In this document: in pieces, positions 51,312 to 61,978 of the stretch
Numbering within the stretch: the first letter of the stretch is position 1
Layout of the letters: each line of letters begins with the position of its first letter
Origin: a virus
Virus record (IMG/VR): IMGVR_UViG_3300042886_000261
Location: 42,751-106,750 of that record
DNA length: 64,000 nt
Strand: one strand, 5' to 3'
Position numbers and translations under genes: made by a program
Notes under the pieces: model-generated
Seen by the model: only the letters and a program-made list of their open reading frames with translations
The model's database searches: none
Told to the model about the DNA's origin: nothing

Positions 51312-54300
51312 TATCTTTGTGATATTTGATTTTTACTATTGCTTAATTTAATAATCATATTAACATCCTGTGAATCAGTTCTGCTCAAATATAAGAAATT
51401 TAAATAATTCCTGAATTTTTTTCTTTGCAGTTCTGTTTTATTATAATTTAAATTTGTTGGAGTTAATGTTTTTATATATCCATTAGATTGTGTTACCCAT
51501 ATTGATTCTTGATCATAACTTCCTGCTAATACTGTAGTACCTGGAACTAATGGTCCTGTTGGAGGATAATTAGATCCAATTGGGAACTCACCTCTATTTC
51601 TTGTTATATCCCAGAATTGATTAAATCTATATTTATTTTCTTCTTTAGAGAATATTATATCTATAGATGTAGGATTAATAATTGGATATGTGTTAGCTAG
51701 AGTAATATTATTTTTAGGAAAGATATTAAGATTTAAGTATCCTGATACTTGTTCTGAATTAAATATTACTGCTTTATCAAAATTATAATCCAATACATGG
51801 AATTGATCTACACAGTTATTAGAATGATTTTTATAGCATTCAAGTATATACTCTATAGATTTTAAAGTGGTAACTGTTTGTCCCGTAATAAGTGGTACTT
51901 CAACTTCAAATGGATGTTGGACTCCATAGAATTTACAGTAACTATTACATACTGCATTATGTTTCCATACCTTACCTGCTTTAGTTGTCATAAAGTATTG
52001 TCTTGCAGGCAATACAAAGTCTGGATGCCAGTCATGGAAAGATATCCAAAACTCATTTTTAGGGTCAAAACTTGTAGTCCATGAAGCATCATCAAATATA
52101 AGTGGATTGCCTAATTCTAATCTTGATCTACCATCTACTAAGAAATAATCTCCATAAGAAAAATAAGTTACTCTACCTGCATATTCAGCTTTTAGTTTAT
52201 AATCTTTTTTACAAAAATATACAATACCATTATAATTATCATATACTGCTTGAGTACCAATACCTGCTACAGGATTATCTGTATGTGGATAATCTGGAAA
52301 ATCTTCAGTAAGTTTATATGGTAAGAATAAACTAAACCACCATTTCATTCCTGCTTGAGATACTTCTTTTAAACCTTGAGAAAATGAAAACACTCTTCCT
52401 TGATTTTGAGATATGTAATACATTCCTGCTGGAGTTGCAATAACACCAAATTTATTTTGAGAAGATCCATACTCATATTCTACATCAGATATAGTAACAT
52501 TCTGAGGAGGATTAGCAAATAAACCACCATCACCTATAGTAAGTTTAGTACCTAATTCAGTTGTAAGAGTATCTACACCTTGATACATTAATGGACTAGC
52601 ATTATAGAATGTAATAAACATACCAGTCTTAGCATAAGGTTTTATACTAGTAATTCTATTTTTAAAATCTTTATAGTTATTTACTAGATATACAAACCAA
52701 GAATCTTTTGCAGATCCATTTTGTTGTGGTAGTGAGTATATTACTCTATCAGGATAATAAGTATAACATAACTGAGATACATTAGGATTATAATATCTTG
52801 ATTGAAGATTACCTTGTGAAAAATATTGTGTAAATATTTTAGATACACTTAATGAATAGTCATATGCATAATAGTTACCTAGTGTTATTGTATCAGGGTT
52901 TAAATTAAACATTGCTGGCAAATTAGTATATGTATTAGTATCATAATTTTTTTGCCAAGTCTCTAAACCTGGTTGTCTAAAATCTACTATTACATCTGAC
53001 TCAACAAAGAAATCTCTTACTGAAGAATTTGCTAAATAAAAATATGAATCTTTAGCTCCTAATACTCCAGGATATGTATCTGGATTAGGTGGGTCATTTT
53101 CTGGTATATCAGTTGAATAATCATATTTACGTGAATTATTTACATAGTAATCTAAATTATAAAAATCAGTTGGTAATGGTCCTGATCCTGGAGTTGGATT
53201 TAAAAAGTCAGCAGGAGTTAAATGACTCATATCATATTGTTCACTATTCATCCAGAATCTTGGTTCAGCAATCATATGCTTTAAAATATAATTATACTCA
53301 TAACCATCAGGTTGTCCATATAACCAGTCATAGAAGAAGAACATATTATTCTTTTCAGTGTATCTATTTACATATACATCTCCTCCAAATAATACAGGAG
53401 TTTGAGTTATTTCTTCTAAAGTAACTAACTTAGCTGCAGTACCATAAGGAGTACTAATAGTACACCAAAAACTACTTTTTAATACAGGTATATTTTGATT
53501 ATTATAATTTAGTTTTTGTTCTGATGGAGTAATAGGTATTTCTTTAAGAGAATCAAGTTGACCATATTGATTTCTTAATCTAACTTTTATACCTGCATAA
53601 TGACTTGCAATACTAAGATTAAATACATTAGTCTTATTTGTAGTCATATCAATTGGTAAAGCAGAATTTGTTTGTATAGCAGTACCTAATGTTACAAGTG
53701 ATGTATCATATTGTCCTGTAGGAGAAGAAGGATTAAGAATATAATTAGGTCCTCTATTTTGTAAACTAGTATCATATCCAGATGTAGTCCTTAATGTTAC
53801 AGTAGTCTGTCTTTCTAAATTATTTATTATATAATTTTTTGCTGCACCAAGAGTATCTACATATGGTTTAACATTTTGAATATTATTTTTTAAATAAAAA
53901 TTATCTTCTACATTAAATCTTTGTGGAACTGTAGATATTGGGTATTGAAAATTACTATAAAATCCATATGCAATTGATTGTAATGCAAATTGTCTATAAG
54001 GCAATAATGCATATATTAATCTTAATGCAGTATCAGCACCTGTTAAAAAATAAAATACAGTTTGTTGTAAAGATGCACCAACACCTATAAGTCCTAAATA
54101 TGCAAGTTTAGGTAGTTCTCTTGAATATTCATTTGATAAACCAAGTGTTGCTCCACTTGCTGCTGCAGGATTAACAGCAAGTAAATATGTAGTGTTTATT
54201 CCTGCTAAAATTGGATTTACTCCACCAGAAAGTGAATCAGCTATTGCAAGACCTGATGCATAATATGCTTTCATTGATGCACTATATGCAGCTTCAGCAG

Positions 54301-56683
54301 CTGCGACAGTAATTGAACCTGCAATTGATAAAGCACCAGATACTCCAGCTCCAGCAAGTATATCACTTGCTCCAGAACCAGGTAATGGTTTAGGAAGATT
54401 AACTGATGTTTTTCCTGTATTAGCAATTACTGCTTCTATTGCTCCTGCAATAAACATTATAAATACTGCAGCATCTGCAAGTAATTTACTTTTAGGTTGT
54501 TTATCAGGTTCTTGAAAATATTGATTAGATGTTCCAGTTAATGCACCATATACTTTTACTTCTGATAATGATAGAAAAGGATTTCTAAAATTAGTATCAG
54601 GAGAATGAAAAGTAATCATATCAGTTGGCACTTGTTGATCTATAACAGTAGGATTTAACCAAAATATTGGATTTGATGTATCTGTTAATTTAATATATGG
54701 ATCATTAAAGTTATTTACATTTCCTCCTAATGCACTTGAGAGAGGTGTAATAGTATTAAATGGATAATTAGGATATAATCCTTCTCTTCCAGCAATTGCT
54801 TCATTACCTTTGATATTATAGGTACGCATGTTATTAACCATACCTTTAGCAATAATACTTCTATTACCTTCTCTAGATCCCCTTAGTATTTCATAACCTA
54901 CTATTCCTGGTATATCATTACCGTCATTGTCTTTTGGTAAAAGTATATTAGTAAAGTTTATACCCATTAATCTAATATTAGCACCACCTTGAGAATAATG
55001 ATTTGTTACATCACTATTTGCTGTTATATTATCAGGAAATTTATGATGTCTTATTGGTTCAGCACATAAATCAAATTGTGGATCAGTTGTACCTGACCAA
55101 CATTGAGATGATGCATCCCATATATCATGTCTATTATCTGGATATTTTTCAGTTGATTCCCAGTAACCCATTCTACCTGTTGCAATAATAATACCACCAT
55201 CAGGTAATGTTGTTACAGGAGGTAAACCACCTAAAGTTGCTGTATTATATACTTCAAATACTCTATCATTTGAATTTAAAGAATTTATATTACCAGACAG
55301 TGGAGATGTTTCTAATGTATTTCCTACATTAGGTACATTAAATTGTACTGGAGCACGTCCAGGAATATGATAAGAAGAAGATTTATCTCCTGTACTATAT
55401 ACCCATCTAATAAAGAAAGTATATACTTCATCTCTTAAGTAACTTGTATTACCACCACCGTTTACATAATAATCTGATGGATATTCTACTGATACCCATT
55501 GTGATTGTATTTGATTAGCTAAAGGTTGATAGTTAAAATCAAATTTAGATCTTGGTGCAATTCTTAATAAGTATGTATTAACCTCAGTAATTTGATCTGA
55601 TGTTTCATATACAGGAGTTCTTAAAGGAATCATTTCAATTGGTACAGTAATAAGATCTTCTTTAATTTGATCTAAATGTACCACAGATGTATTTGTAGAA
55701 TATAATCCAATTCTTTTTGCTACTGCACCTTGATTAATTACTTGTATTACTACTAATTCAAATTCAGTAAAATGTGTTGAGTCAGCTGTAATCAATATAT
55801 CAATACAACCTTGTACATCATCAACATTCCAAATAGGTTGAGTATTACTTGGTGAAAAATAATCAGTAACTCTTTGACCTTTAATAGTATATGCAAGAGT
55901 TGCAAAGTATGATCCATTTCTTAATACTCCTCCACCAATACCTTGTGTAACTTGAATAGTAGGTGTATCCATTAATCTTGCAAGTCTTAATGCTTCACAA
56001 TTTAATGTAGTTAGATCTTTACATATTATACATCCTACAGGAATATAACCACCTGGAGCTGGTATTACTATACCATTCTCATCTTTACATTCTTGATCCC
56101 ATTGAACTCCTGGCCATTGAATATTTACACCTGATCCATTTGCATATGTATTACTACCAATCCATATATAATCAGGAGTTGGCCATAATGCATCATCTCC
56201 AACATTTAAATATCTATCAGGATTATTACCATCAGCAAAATATACAGACCATGAGCAATCTTCTTTCTCTCTTGATGCACCAGTAATTAAAAAGCGTTTA
56301 TCAAAATTTAAACATGTATCCTGTACAATAATTCTATATCTACAAGTATCTTCTTCAAATAATCCTATTTCATGTCCAGTAGCTGCACCAACTCCTGATG
56401 CTGGATGTGCTACAGTAAAAAGGATCCATTTATCAGTATATAAATGTATTGCACCTATGATATATTTTTTACCAGTTAAAGTTGCACCAGCCTCAGCACA
56501 TAATATATTAGATGTTTCATTTGATAATGTACCAACATTACCTTCTAATGTATTGTTAACTGCATTACGTGCATGAGTCCACATGCCCTCACTTACAAAT
56601 GTAGGATCTGAATCTTTATTTAATCCCTTTATAAAGGTATTTGTTTTATTTTGACCTGTATCTTGTATATTTTTCTTTGCCAT
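51311..56683 (-). CDS. tail muzzle/stabilisation protein (crAss-like)
   Basis: FIKGLNKD…HARNA N-terminus, YLRDEVYTFFIRW, IRHHKFPD, GYEILRGSR, FGGDVYVNRY, WISFHDWHP; follows the ring genes. Confidence 0.7.
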   Translation of the reverse strand: MAKKNIQDTGQNKTNTFIKGLNKDSDPTFVSEGMWTHARNAVNNTLEGNVGTLSNETSNILCAEAGATLTGKKYIIGAIHLYTDKWILFTVAHPASGVGAATGHEIGLFEEDTCRYRIIVQDTCLNFDKRFLITGASREKEDCSWSVYFADGNNPDRYLNVGDDALWPTPDYIWIGSNTYANGSGVNIQWPGVQWDQECKDENGIVIPAPGGYIPVGCIICKDLTTLNCEALRLARLMDTPTIQVTQGIGGGVLRNGSYFATLAYTIKGQRVTDYFSPSNTQPIWNVDDVQGCIDILITADSTHFTEFELVVIQVINQGAVAKRIGLYSTNTSVVHLDQIKEDLITVPIEMIPLRTPVYETSDQITEVNTYLLRIAPRSKFDFNYQPLANQIQSQWVSVEYPSDYYVNGGGNTSYLRDEVYTFFIRWVYSTGDKSSSYHIPGRAPVQFNVPNVGNTLETSPLSGNINSLNSNDRVFEVYNTATLGGLPPVTTLPDGGIIIATGRMGYWESTEKYPDNRHDIWDASSQCWSGTTDPQFDLCAEPIRHHKFPDNITANSDVTNHYSQGGANIRLMGINFTNILLPKDNDGNDIPGIVGYEILRGSREGNRSIIAKGMVNNMRTYNIKGNEAIAGREGLYPNYPFNTITPLSSALGGNVNNFNDPYIKLTDTSNPIFWLNPTVIDQQVPTDMITFHSPDTNFRNPFLSLSEVKVYGALTGTSNQYFQEPDKQPKSKLLADAAVFIMFIAGAIEAVIANTGKTSVNLPKPLPGSGASDILAGAGVSGALSIAGSITVAAAEAAYSASMKAYYASGLAIADSLSGGVNPILAGINTTYLLAVNPAAASGATLGLSNEYSRELPKLAYLGLIGVGASLQQTVFYFLTGADTALRLIYALLPYRQFALQSIAYGFYSNFQYPISTVPQRFNVEDNFYLKNNIQNVKPYVDTLGAAKNYIINNLERQTTVTLRTTSGYDTSLQNRGPNYILNPSSPTGQYDTSLVTLGTAIQTNSALPIDMTTNKTNVFNLSIASHYAGIKVRLRNQYGQLDSLKEIPITPSEQKLNYNNQNIPVLKSSFWCTISTPYGTAAKLVTLEEITQTPVLFGGDVYVNRYTEKNNMFFFYDWLYGQPDGYEYNYILKHMIAEPRFWMNSEQYDMSHLTPADFLNPTPGSGPLPTDFYNLDYYVNNSRKYDYSTDIPENDPPNPDTYPGVLGAKDSYFYLANSSVRDFFVESDVIVDFRQPGLETWQKNYDTNTYTNLPAMFNLNPDTITLGNYYAYDYSLSVSKIFTQYFSQGNLQSRYYNPNVSQLCYTYYPDRVIYSLPQQNGSAKDSWFVYLVNNYKDFKNRITSIKPYAKTGMFITFYNASPLMYQGVDTLTTELGTKLTIGDGGLFANPPQNVTISDVEYEYGSSQNKFGVIATPAGMYYISQNQGRVFSFSQGLKEVSQAGMKWWFSLFLPYKLTEDFPDYPHTDNPVAGIGTQAVYDNYNGIVYFCKKDYKLKAEYAGRVTYFSYGDYFLVDGRSRLELGNPLIFDDASWTTSFDPKNEFWISFHDWHPDFVLPARQYFMTTKAGKVWKHNAVCNSYCKFYGVQHPFEVEVPLITGQTVTTLKSIEYILECYKNHSNNCVDQFHVLDYNFDKAVIFNSEQVSGYLNLNIFPKNNITLANTYPIINPTSIDIIFSKEENKYRFNQFWDITRNRGEFPIGSNYPPTGPLVPGTTVLAGSYDQESIWVTQSNGYIKTLTPTNLNYNKTELQRKKFRNYLNFLYLSRTDSQDVNMIIKLSNSKNQISQR

Positions 56684-56695
56684 AACATAATAATA

Positions 56696-57712
56696 TTATA
56701 ATATCCGCATACTGTTATAGTTAAAACTTTTAAACATGTCATAGTATTTAGAATATTGTGCTCTTCTGTTAGCCATCCATAACCCTTTCATCTCTGCAAA
56801 GTTAGGTGTATTAACAATTGATAAAGCATAATTTCTTGCAGCTTTTAATCTTTGTTCTATAAGTTGTAATTTCTGTACTACATCTTCACCATTAAGATAT
56901 AAGTTTTCAAATATTCTTTGCTTTACAGCATATTCATAATACTCATTGATTTCATCATGATCCGGAACTAATAAGTTACCATTATCATCTTCTAGTGCTC
57001 CTTGATAATTAATGTATACTTTGCCACAATCAAATGTAGTATGTAAAAAACCATCTTTAATCCATGCTTCATTAGGTGCATTAAGATAAAGATTAGGACA
57101 ATCACATTCTATTTCTCTTGAAGATCTGAACCTTAAAGGAATAAGTGATTCATATATTCTTGTTTCTCCAGTAGGTATTACTTGGATTAATTCAAATGCT
57201 TCACCTTTACAGTTAGAAAATACTCTTGGTCTTACACAAGTATTACCAAATGGATTATTAGGATCATATTGTGGAACTAATATAGGAGTATTATTAAATG
57301 TACTATTTGCACAAGCAATAGTATGATTACATGGATTAGCATTACAAGTACTACAATTAACTGTAGGAGGTGCACATAAATCTACTGTACTTGGTACTTC
57401 AGTATAAGGTACTTCCATAGTAGTAGTACCTCCAGATTGATATCCTACCTCTTGTCTAAATGATCCACATATTGACCCAAAGTTCATTACATAGAAATCA
57501 TCAGGTAATTTTATCTTATGATGTTCTACTTCTAATATGGCTTCTTTAGTCATATTAATTCTGAGACCTAAATCATATGTTACTCTTTTTGCAACTTTAA
57601 TTAGTTGTTGAGGCTCAATTAAATTTTCAAGAGCATATGTATTTAAGTCAATAGTAACATCTTCCAGTAATTGGTCAAATGTTCTAAACTTGAGTGTATA
57701 ATTAAAATCCAT
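56696..57712 (-). CDS. putative tail ring/tubular protein with Cys-rich insert
   Basis: LPDDFY, F..GKVYINY.G..EDD.GNLLVPD; position just before the muzzle. Confidence 0.6.
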   Translation of the reverse strand: MDFNYTLKFRTFDQLLEDVTIDLNTYALENLIEPQQLIKVAKRVTYDLGLRINMTKEAILEVEHHKIKLPDDFYVMNFGSICGSFRQEVGYQSGGTTTMEVPYTEVPSTVDLCAPPTVNCSTCNANPCNHTIACANSTFNNTPILVPQYDPNNPFGNTCVRPRVFSNCKGEAFELIQVIPTGETRIYESLIPLRFRSSREIECDCPNLYLNAPNEAWIKDGFLHTTFDCGKVYINYQGALEDDNGNLLVPDHDEINEYYEYAVKQRIFENLYLNGEDVVQKLQLIEQRLKAARNYALSIVNTPNFAEMKGLWMANRRAQYSKYYDMFKSFNYNSMRIL

Positions 57713-58383
57713 TATCTTAATGAGTTTTGACTATCATCAGGACCATTTGCAGGTACATTAATAGACATAGTTAATTCTTTTAATACATATTGTTCAATTT
57801 CACCAAATAAGTAATCTGGGAACATTAATTGGTCATCATTTCTAAATCTACATTCTTGAGATGTATCACATGTAAATCCTGTAATAGTATCTTCAAACAT
57901 ACCTTCTACTTTAATTGCTTCCCATGGAACATTAGGCATATATAAATAACCATCTAAATACCAGAAATATTTTCTAGTATTATATCTGAAACTATTTACT
58001 TTAGTCATAGAAGAATATGTACCTGGATCAGTTCTAAATAATTCTACTGAGGTGTCTAATGAAGATACAGTACGTATAAGTGGGCCATTAAGTCCATCAA
58101 AAAACTTAGGTAGTCTTTCTTTAGTTCTTTTAATATAACAACCAGAGGTAATACCAAAGCATCCTGCCTCTACTTTATCTACATCTATTAATTCAACAAA
58201 TGTTAAAGTAGAAAATATTGAACTTATCTTCATTAACCTATTTTGATTATCTTCTCTCTTTAAAAGAGTTTTTCCATATTTTGAAATTGCAAAATATATT
58301 GTTCTATCAGTTAAGAATGGATCCTCCTTTACAGCTTTAAGTGCATTCCTAACTCTTGATATTGCTTCACCAATTGTTGTCAT
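57712..58383 (-). CDS. putative tail ring/adaptor protein
   Basis: MTTIGEAISRVR…, KRTKERLP, YFWYLDGYLY; overlaps both neighbours. Confidence 0.55.
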   Translation of the reverse strand: MTTIGEAISRVRNALKAVKEDPFLTDRTIYFAISKYGKTLLKREDNQNRLMKISSIFSTLTFVELIDVDKVEAGCFGITSGCYIKRTKERLPKFFDGLNGPLIRTVSSLDTSVELFRTDPGTYSSMTKVNSFRYNTRKYFWYLDGYLYMPNVPWEAIKVEGMFEDTITGFTCDTSQECRFRNDDQLMFPDYLFGEIEQYVLKELTMSINVPANGPDDSQNSLR

Positions 58384-58970
58384 ATATCAAATTCATTATA
58401 TGTTTTTAACTTTTCTTTTTCAATACCTTTAACGTAATCCTTTTGCCTAGACTTAGTAAACATCTTACGTATTTTTTTCATTGGATCAACCTGTATATAC
58501 ATAGGCCAATTTTCTGAATATGTTTTAGCTACACTTCTTTTAAAATTTCTAGATCCTGCAAAGGCCCAGCATTCCCTATTACTAAAAGTATACTTAGTAG
58601 CATTATTAGTATAAAAGATTTTAGCAAGCTTGCCATCTGTATCCCAATTTGTATTTGTTACTATTACTCCATATTTTGTTGACTTGCCAAAATCAATGTT
58701 TCTTCTAAACTTACTTGTTTGACATGTACCAATAAATATGTTACCTAAATTTTCTGGTAACTTTACACCATCCCTGGTTTCAATTACTGTTTCAAAAAAT
58801 AAGTTATGAAATGTTGTACATATTTTATATAAGTCCTTAGTGTCTACATCCTTATATTTAGGATACTTTTCTTTAAATGCTTTATAGAATTGTCTATTTA
58901 ATACATGATATACATCTTGTCTAAATCTTTTACCTTTTACATCTGGTCCCTTAAATATTTTACTTTCCAT
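58380..58970 (-). CDS. IHF/HU-like DNA-binding protein
   Basis: Basic; helix followed by GVKLPENLGNIFI; position before the ring genes, as in crAss-like phages. Confidence 0.5.
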   Translation of the reverse strand: MESKIFKGPDVKGKRFRQDVYHVLNRQFYKAFKEKYPKYKDVDTKDLYKICTTFHNLFFETVIETRDGVKLPENLGNIFIGTCQTSKFRRNIDFGKSTKYGVIVTNTNWDTDGKLAKIFYTNNATKYTFSNRECWAFAGSRNFKRSVAKTYSENWPMYIQVDPMKKIRKMFTKSRQKDYVKGIEKEKLKTYNEFDI

Positions 58971-59051
58971 ACCTTATACATTAATATACTAAAATTTTCA
59001 GACTTATAAAAATTACAAGTTAAACAAATATAATATATATAACTCATATAT

Positions 59052-59087
59052 AAAAAATAACCCCGGTAATAAAATACATACCGGGGT
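59052..59087 (-). terminator. Rho-independent terminator
   Basis: Minus strand ACCCCGGTA-loop-TACCGGGGT followed by TATTTTTT. Confidence 0.75.
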
Positions 59088-59128
59088 CTCGTTGTTAGCC
59101 ACAGAAACCAACAAACTGCGACATATTT

Positions 59129-60478
59129 TTAAACTATACTAGTTATTAATCCATTTGTTACAGTAATTGTTTGAGCACCTACTACAAAAGAACCTGATGC
59201 TCCAGTAGTATACGTTGATGTAACTTTACCCCAACTACCTTCACCAGCAATTCCTACACATGTTAATACTCTACCAAGAGCATTAGTACCATCATTAAGT
59301 TTAATTGCATGATTTGATGTACCATTTAAAGCTTGAGCAAAAATACCAATATTATCACCTGCAGCAGAAGTAGCTGAACCAGAAACACCTATATTAACAT
59401 TACTATTTCCTGTTGCAGAACCTACAACACCTGCATTTTGACCTACTGTATTTATACCTTCTGCTGAACCATTAATCCCTATATAATTAGTATTAAGAGC
59501 ACTACTATGAGTATTTTTAACAACTAATCCATATAGTTGTGTTGATGTTTCAATATTTACTCTGTAAATTGCAACAGTAAATCCACCTATACCAACACTA
59601 GTATTATTATCTCTAATTAAACCAGTTCCTAAAGTTACACCATCTGGAGTCCAACGTGCTACATAATTATTTGTACCAGAACCTGCAATTCCACCACCAC
59701 CACTAGGAGTTACCCAATTAGCTTTACCATCAGAAGTTATACAAGTTAATACTTTACCAATCCCCTCAGTACCATCTGTTCCTTGAAAACAGTAGTTAAG
59801 AGCACCTGACAATGCTGAACCAGAAACACCTATATTAATTGAAGCAGTACTAGAATTAGCATTACCTATAACCCCAGTTAATGTTCCTGTACCTGTAAAA
59901 GCTTGTCCGTAAACCCCTACACCATTGGCAACATTAGATTGACCAAGAATGGCATTTGGTTGCGCATTGTTATAAACAAGTAACTTTGTGTTTGCATTAG
60001 GTGCTATATTTATACCTACAGTAGTTCCATTATCTCTAATAAGTCCTGTTCCAAGTGTTGTAGCATTAGGAGTCCATCTAGCTATATAATCAGTAATACC
60101 TGAACCATCAACACCTCCTACTGCAATAAGTGGACTTGCTGGTGTACCCAAACCTGTAATAGTTATTCCATCTACAGAAACTTTAACTATAGGATTAAGT
60201 GGATCAGTATTGTCTGTATTTAAACCTGTTACTGATTGTACACTATTTGAAAAATTTGTACAAAAAAATAATACAATACTTTCTAATGCCTCAGCAATTG
60301 AAGAATCTTGTGCAACAACAATATTTAGTCCACACATAATATCTGGTAATGTATATCTTACACATTGTGCATCAAAAAATTCTGCACAAGGTTGTGGATT
60401 AGGACAATCTACTGGAGTTGGGCATGGAGGTAAAGAAGGATAAGCATCATCACATCCGCATTTTTTACATGTATTCAT
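59129..60478 (-). CDS. putative tail fibre/spike protein with internal duplication
   Basis: Cys-rich N-terminus, then two copies of GSG.T.Y.ARWTP…LGTGLIRDN…NIGVSGSA…DGT…G(K/R)VLTC; exact 25-bp DNA repeat at 59373-59397 and 59814-59838. Confidence 0.6.
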   Translation of the reverse strand: MNTCKKCGCDDAYPSLPPCPTPVDCPNPQPCAEFFDAQCVRYTLPDIMCGLNIVVAQDSSIAEALESIVLFFCTNFSNSVQSVTGLNTDNTDPLNPIVKVSVDGITITGLGTPASPLIAVGGVDGSGITDYIARWTPNATTLGTGLIRDNGTTVGINIAPNANTKLLVYNNAQPNAILGQSNVANGVGVYGQAFTGTGTLTGVIGNANSSTASINIGVSGSALSGALNYCFQGTDGTEGIGKVLTCITSDGKANWVTPSGGGGIAGSGTNNYVARWTPDGVTLGTGLIRDNNTSVGIGGFTVAIYRVNIETSTQLYGLVVKNTHSSALNTNYIGINGSAEGINTVGQNAGVVGSATGNSNVNIGVSGSATSAAGDNIGIFAQALNGTSNHAIKLNDGTNALGRVLTCVGIAGEGSWGKVTSTYTTGASGSFVVGAQTITVTNGLITSIV

Positions 60479-60488
60479 AGTATTTTAT

Positions 60489-61943
60489 TTATTTAACTTT
60501 TTGTATTGTCATTTTTGCAATATCACCACTTGCTGTTGTATAGTCTACATCAGAAAAATTAACTACTCTAAGACATACTTGAGTACCTATATTCACTTCT
60601 AATCCTAACATGGATCCATTAAGATCAACATATAATAATTGATTAGTAATTCCACATGTAGTAGCTACATGATAAATATTTCCAGCATTATCTGTAATAC
60701 CAGCTACAATACTTCCTGAATTAAAACCAGTAGTTCCTTCTGATAAATGTATATAAAAACTAAAGTTATATATTCCTGTTGCTGGGCAAGTCCATAATCC
60801 TGTTAAAGCATCATATGCATTATCATCATCATATACTTCTGTTAATAATATTTTTACTGCATTAGCATTATTTAAACTTGTTGTTAAATTTGGTGTAACT
60901 TTTAATACAGTTGGTGGTTGTATTTGTGCAAACATTGCACCTGGTACTATTACATCTGCTGTTAATGTATATGTTGGACCTGCACCAACTGATAAATCAA
61001 CTGTTGCTGTATCTGCAACTGATATAGCTGAAGGAATTACATCTGCACTAACTACATATGCAGGTCCTCCTGTTACAGTCATATTAACTGTAGCAGTATT
61101 TAAAGCAGAAACTGTTACACTTCCATTTCTTAAATCTTTAATACATGCCCAAATATTATTAATAGTATCACATACTGATGTTGCTGGTGTTACCCATAGT
61201 CCTGCATATTGTACAGACATCTGTGCAAGAGGATTTACTTTTGAAAAATCAGTAGGTGCAACAGTTTGATTTCCTACTGCAGTTAATAGACATCCTGTAT
61301 CACCTGTAGCTGTAACATATGGAAACCAAATTTGATTTACATATGAATTTATAACAGTATCAATACCTTGTGTACTTCCAACTAGTAAAACTGGAGATGA
61401 AGGCAATGTATCTGCCATTACCATAGTAGGTGTAGTATATGTTGGAGGTACTGTATTTTCTAAATCAGTTACTCTTATTTCTAGATCACTAATTGCTATA
61501 TCTTGTAATGCATTAGCATCAATAATTGCACAAACTTTTTCTCCAATAGCAATTACATACTCAGTAAGATTCATTGTAGTTATAGTACCAGATACAAAAC
61601 ATGGTGCTACTGATACTATACAATCTGTAGGACATCCACTAGAAGGAGGTACACCAGGAGTAAGTGGAACATTTTCAAGTTCACATACTTTAACTATTAA
61701 GAAATTAATTAAGTCAGTAAAAGTACTTGGTGCACAATTTACTAGATTGAAACAATCAAGATCATAAGAAGTAATACTTAATGTATCTAGAATTGCACAT
61801 AACTCAGTTGCTAGTTTCTCAACTACATCTGTAATAGAATCTCCTCTACATAAGTTTATACAGTTTAAATCCGGACCTGCCCAAATTACACAATTTGAAG
61901 AAGTTGGAGTACACGGTGAATTATCAAAATTTAATGGTTTCAT
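60489..61943 (-). CDS. putative fibre/decoration protein with C-terminal C1q/TNF-like beta domain
   Basis: N-terminal CVIWAGPDLNC domain, coiled coil, DTATVDL repeats, YD..TG.WTCPATGIYNFS motif. Confidence 0.55.
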   Translation of the reverse strand: MKPLNFDNSPCTPTSSNCVIWAGPDLNCINLCRGDSITDVVEKLATELCAILDTLSITSYDLDCFNLVNCAPSTFTDLINFLIVKVCELENVPLTPGVPPSSGCPTDCIVSVAPCFVSGTITTMNLTEYVIAIGEKVCAIIDANALQDIAISDLEIRVTDLENTVPPTYTTPTMVMADTLPSSPVLLVGSTQGIDTVINSYVNQIWFPYVTATGDTGCLLTAVGNQTVAPTDFSKVNPLAQMSVQYAGLWVTPATSVCDTINNIWACIKDLRNGSVTVSALNTATVNMTVTGGPAYVVSADVIPSAISVADTATVDLSVGAGPTYTLTADVIVPGAMFAQIQPPTVLKVTPNLTTSLNNANAVKILLTEVYDDDNAYDALTGLWTCPATGIYNFSFYIHLSEGTTGFNSGSIVAGITDNAGNIYHVATTCGITNQLLYVDLNGSMLGLEVNIGTQVCLRVVNFSDVDYTTASGDIAKMTIQKVK

Positions 61944-61978
61944 ATCTTTAGTATCTATTTATAATATAACAATTTTAA

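Noticed and set aside
59085-59125. Small structured RNA next to the terminator
   Set aside because: Only weak, interrupted pairing; cannot be supported without folding or covariation analysis
59129-60478. Diversity-generating retroelement target in the fibre gene
   Set aside because: Both repeat copies are in-frame coding, differences are not adenine-specific, and no reverse transcriptase is present
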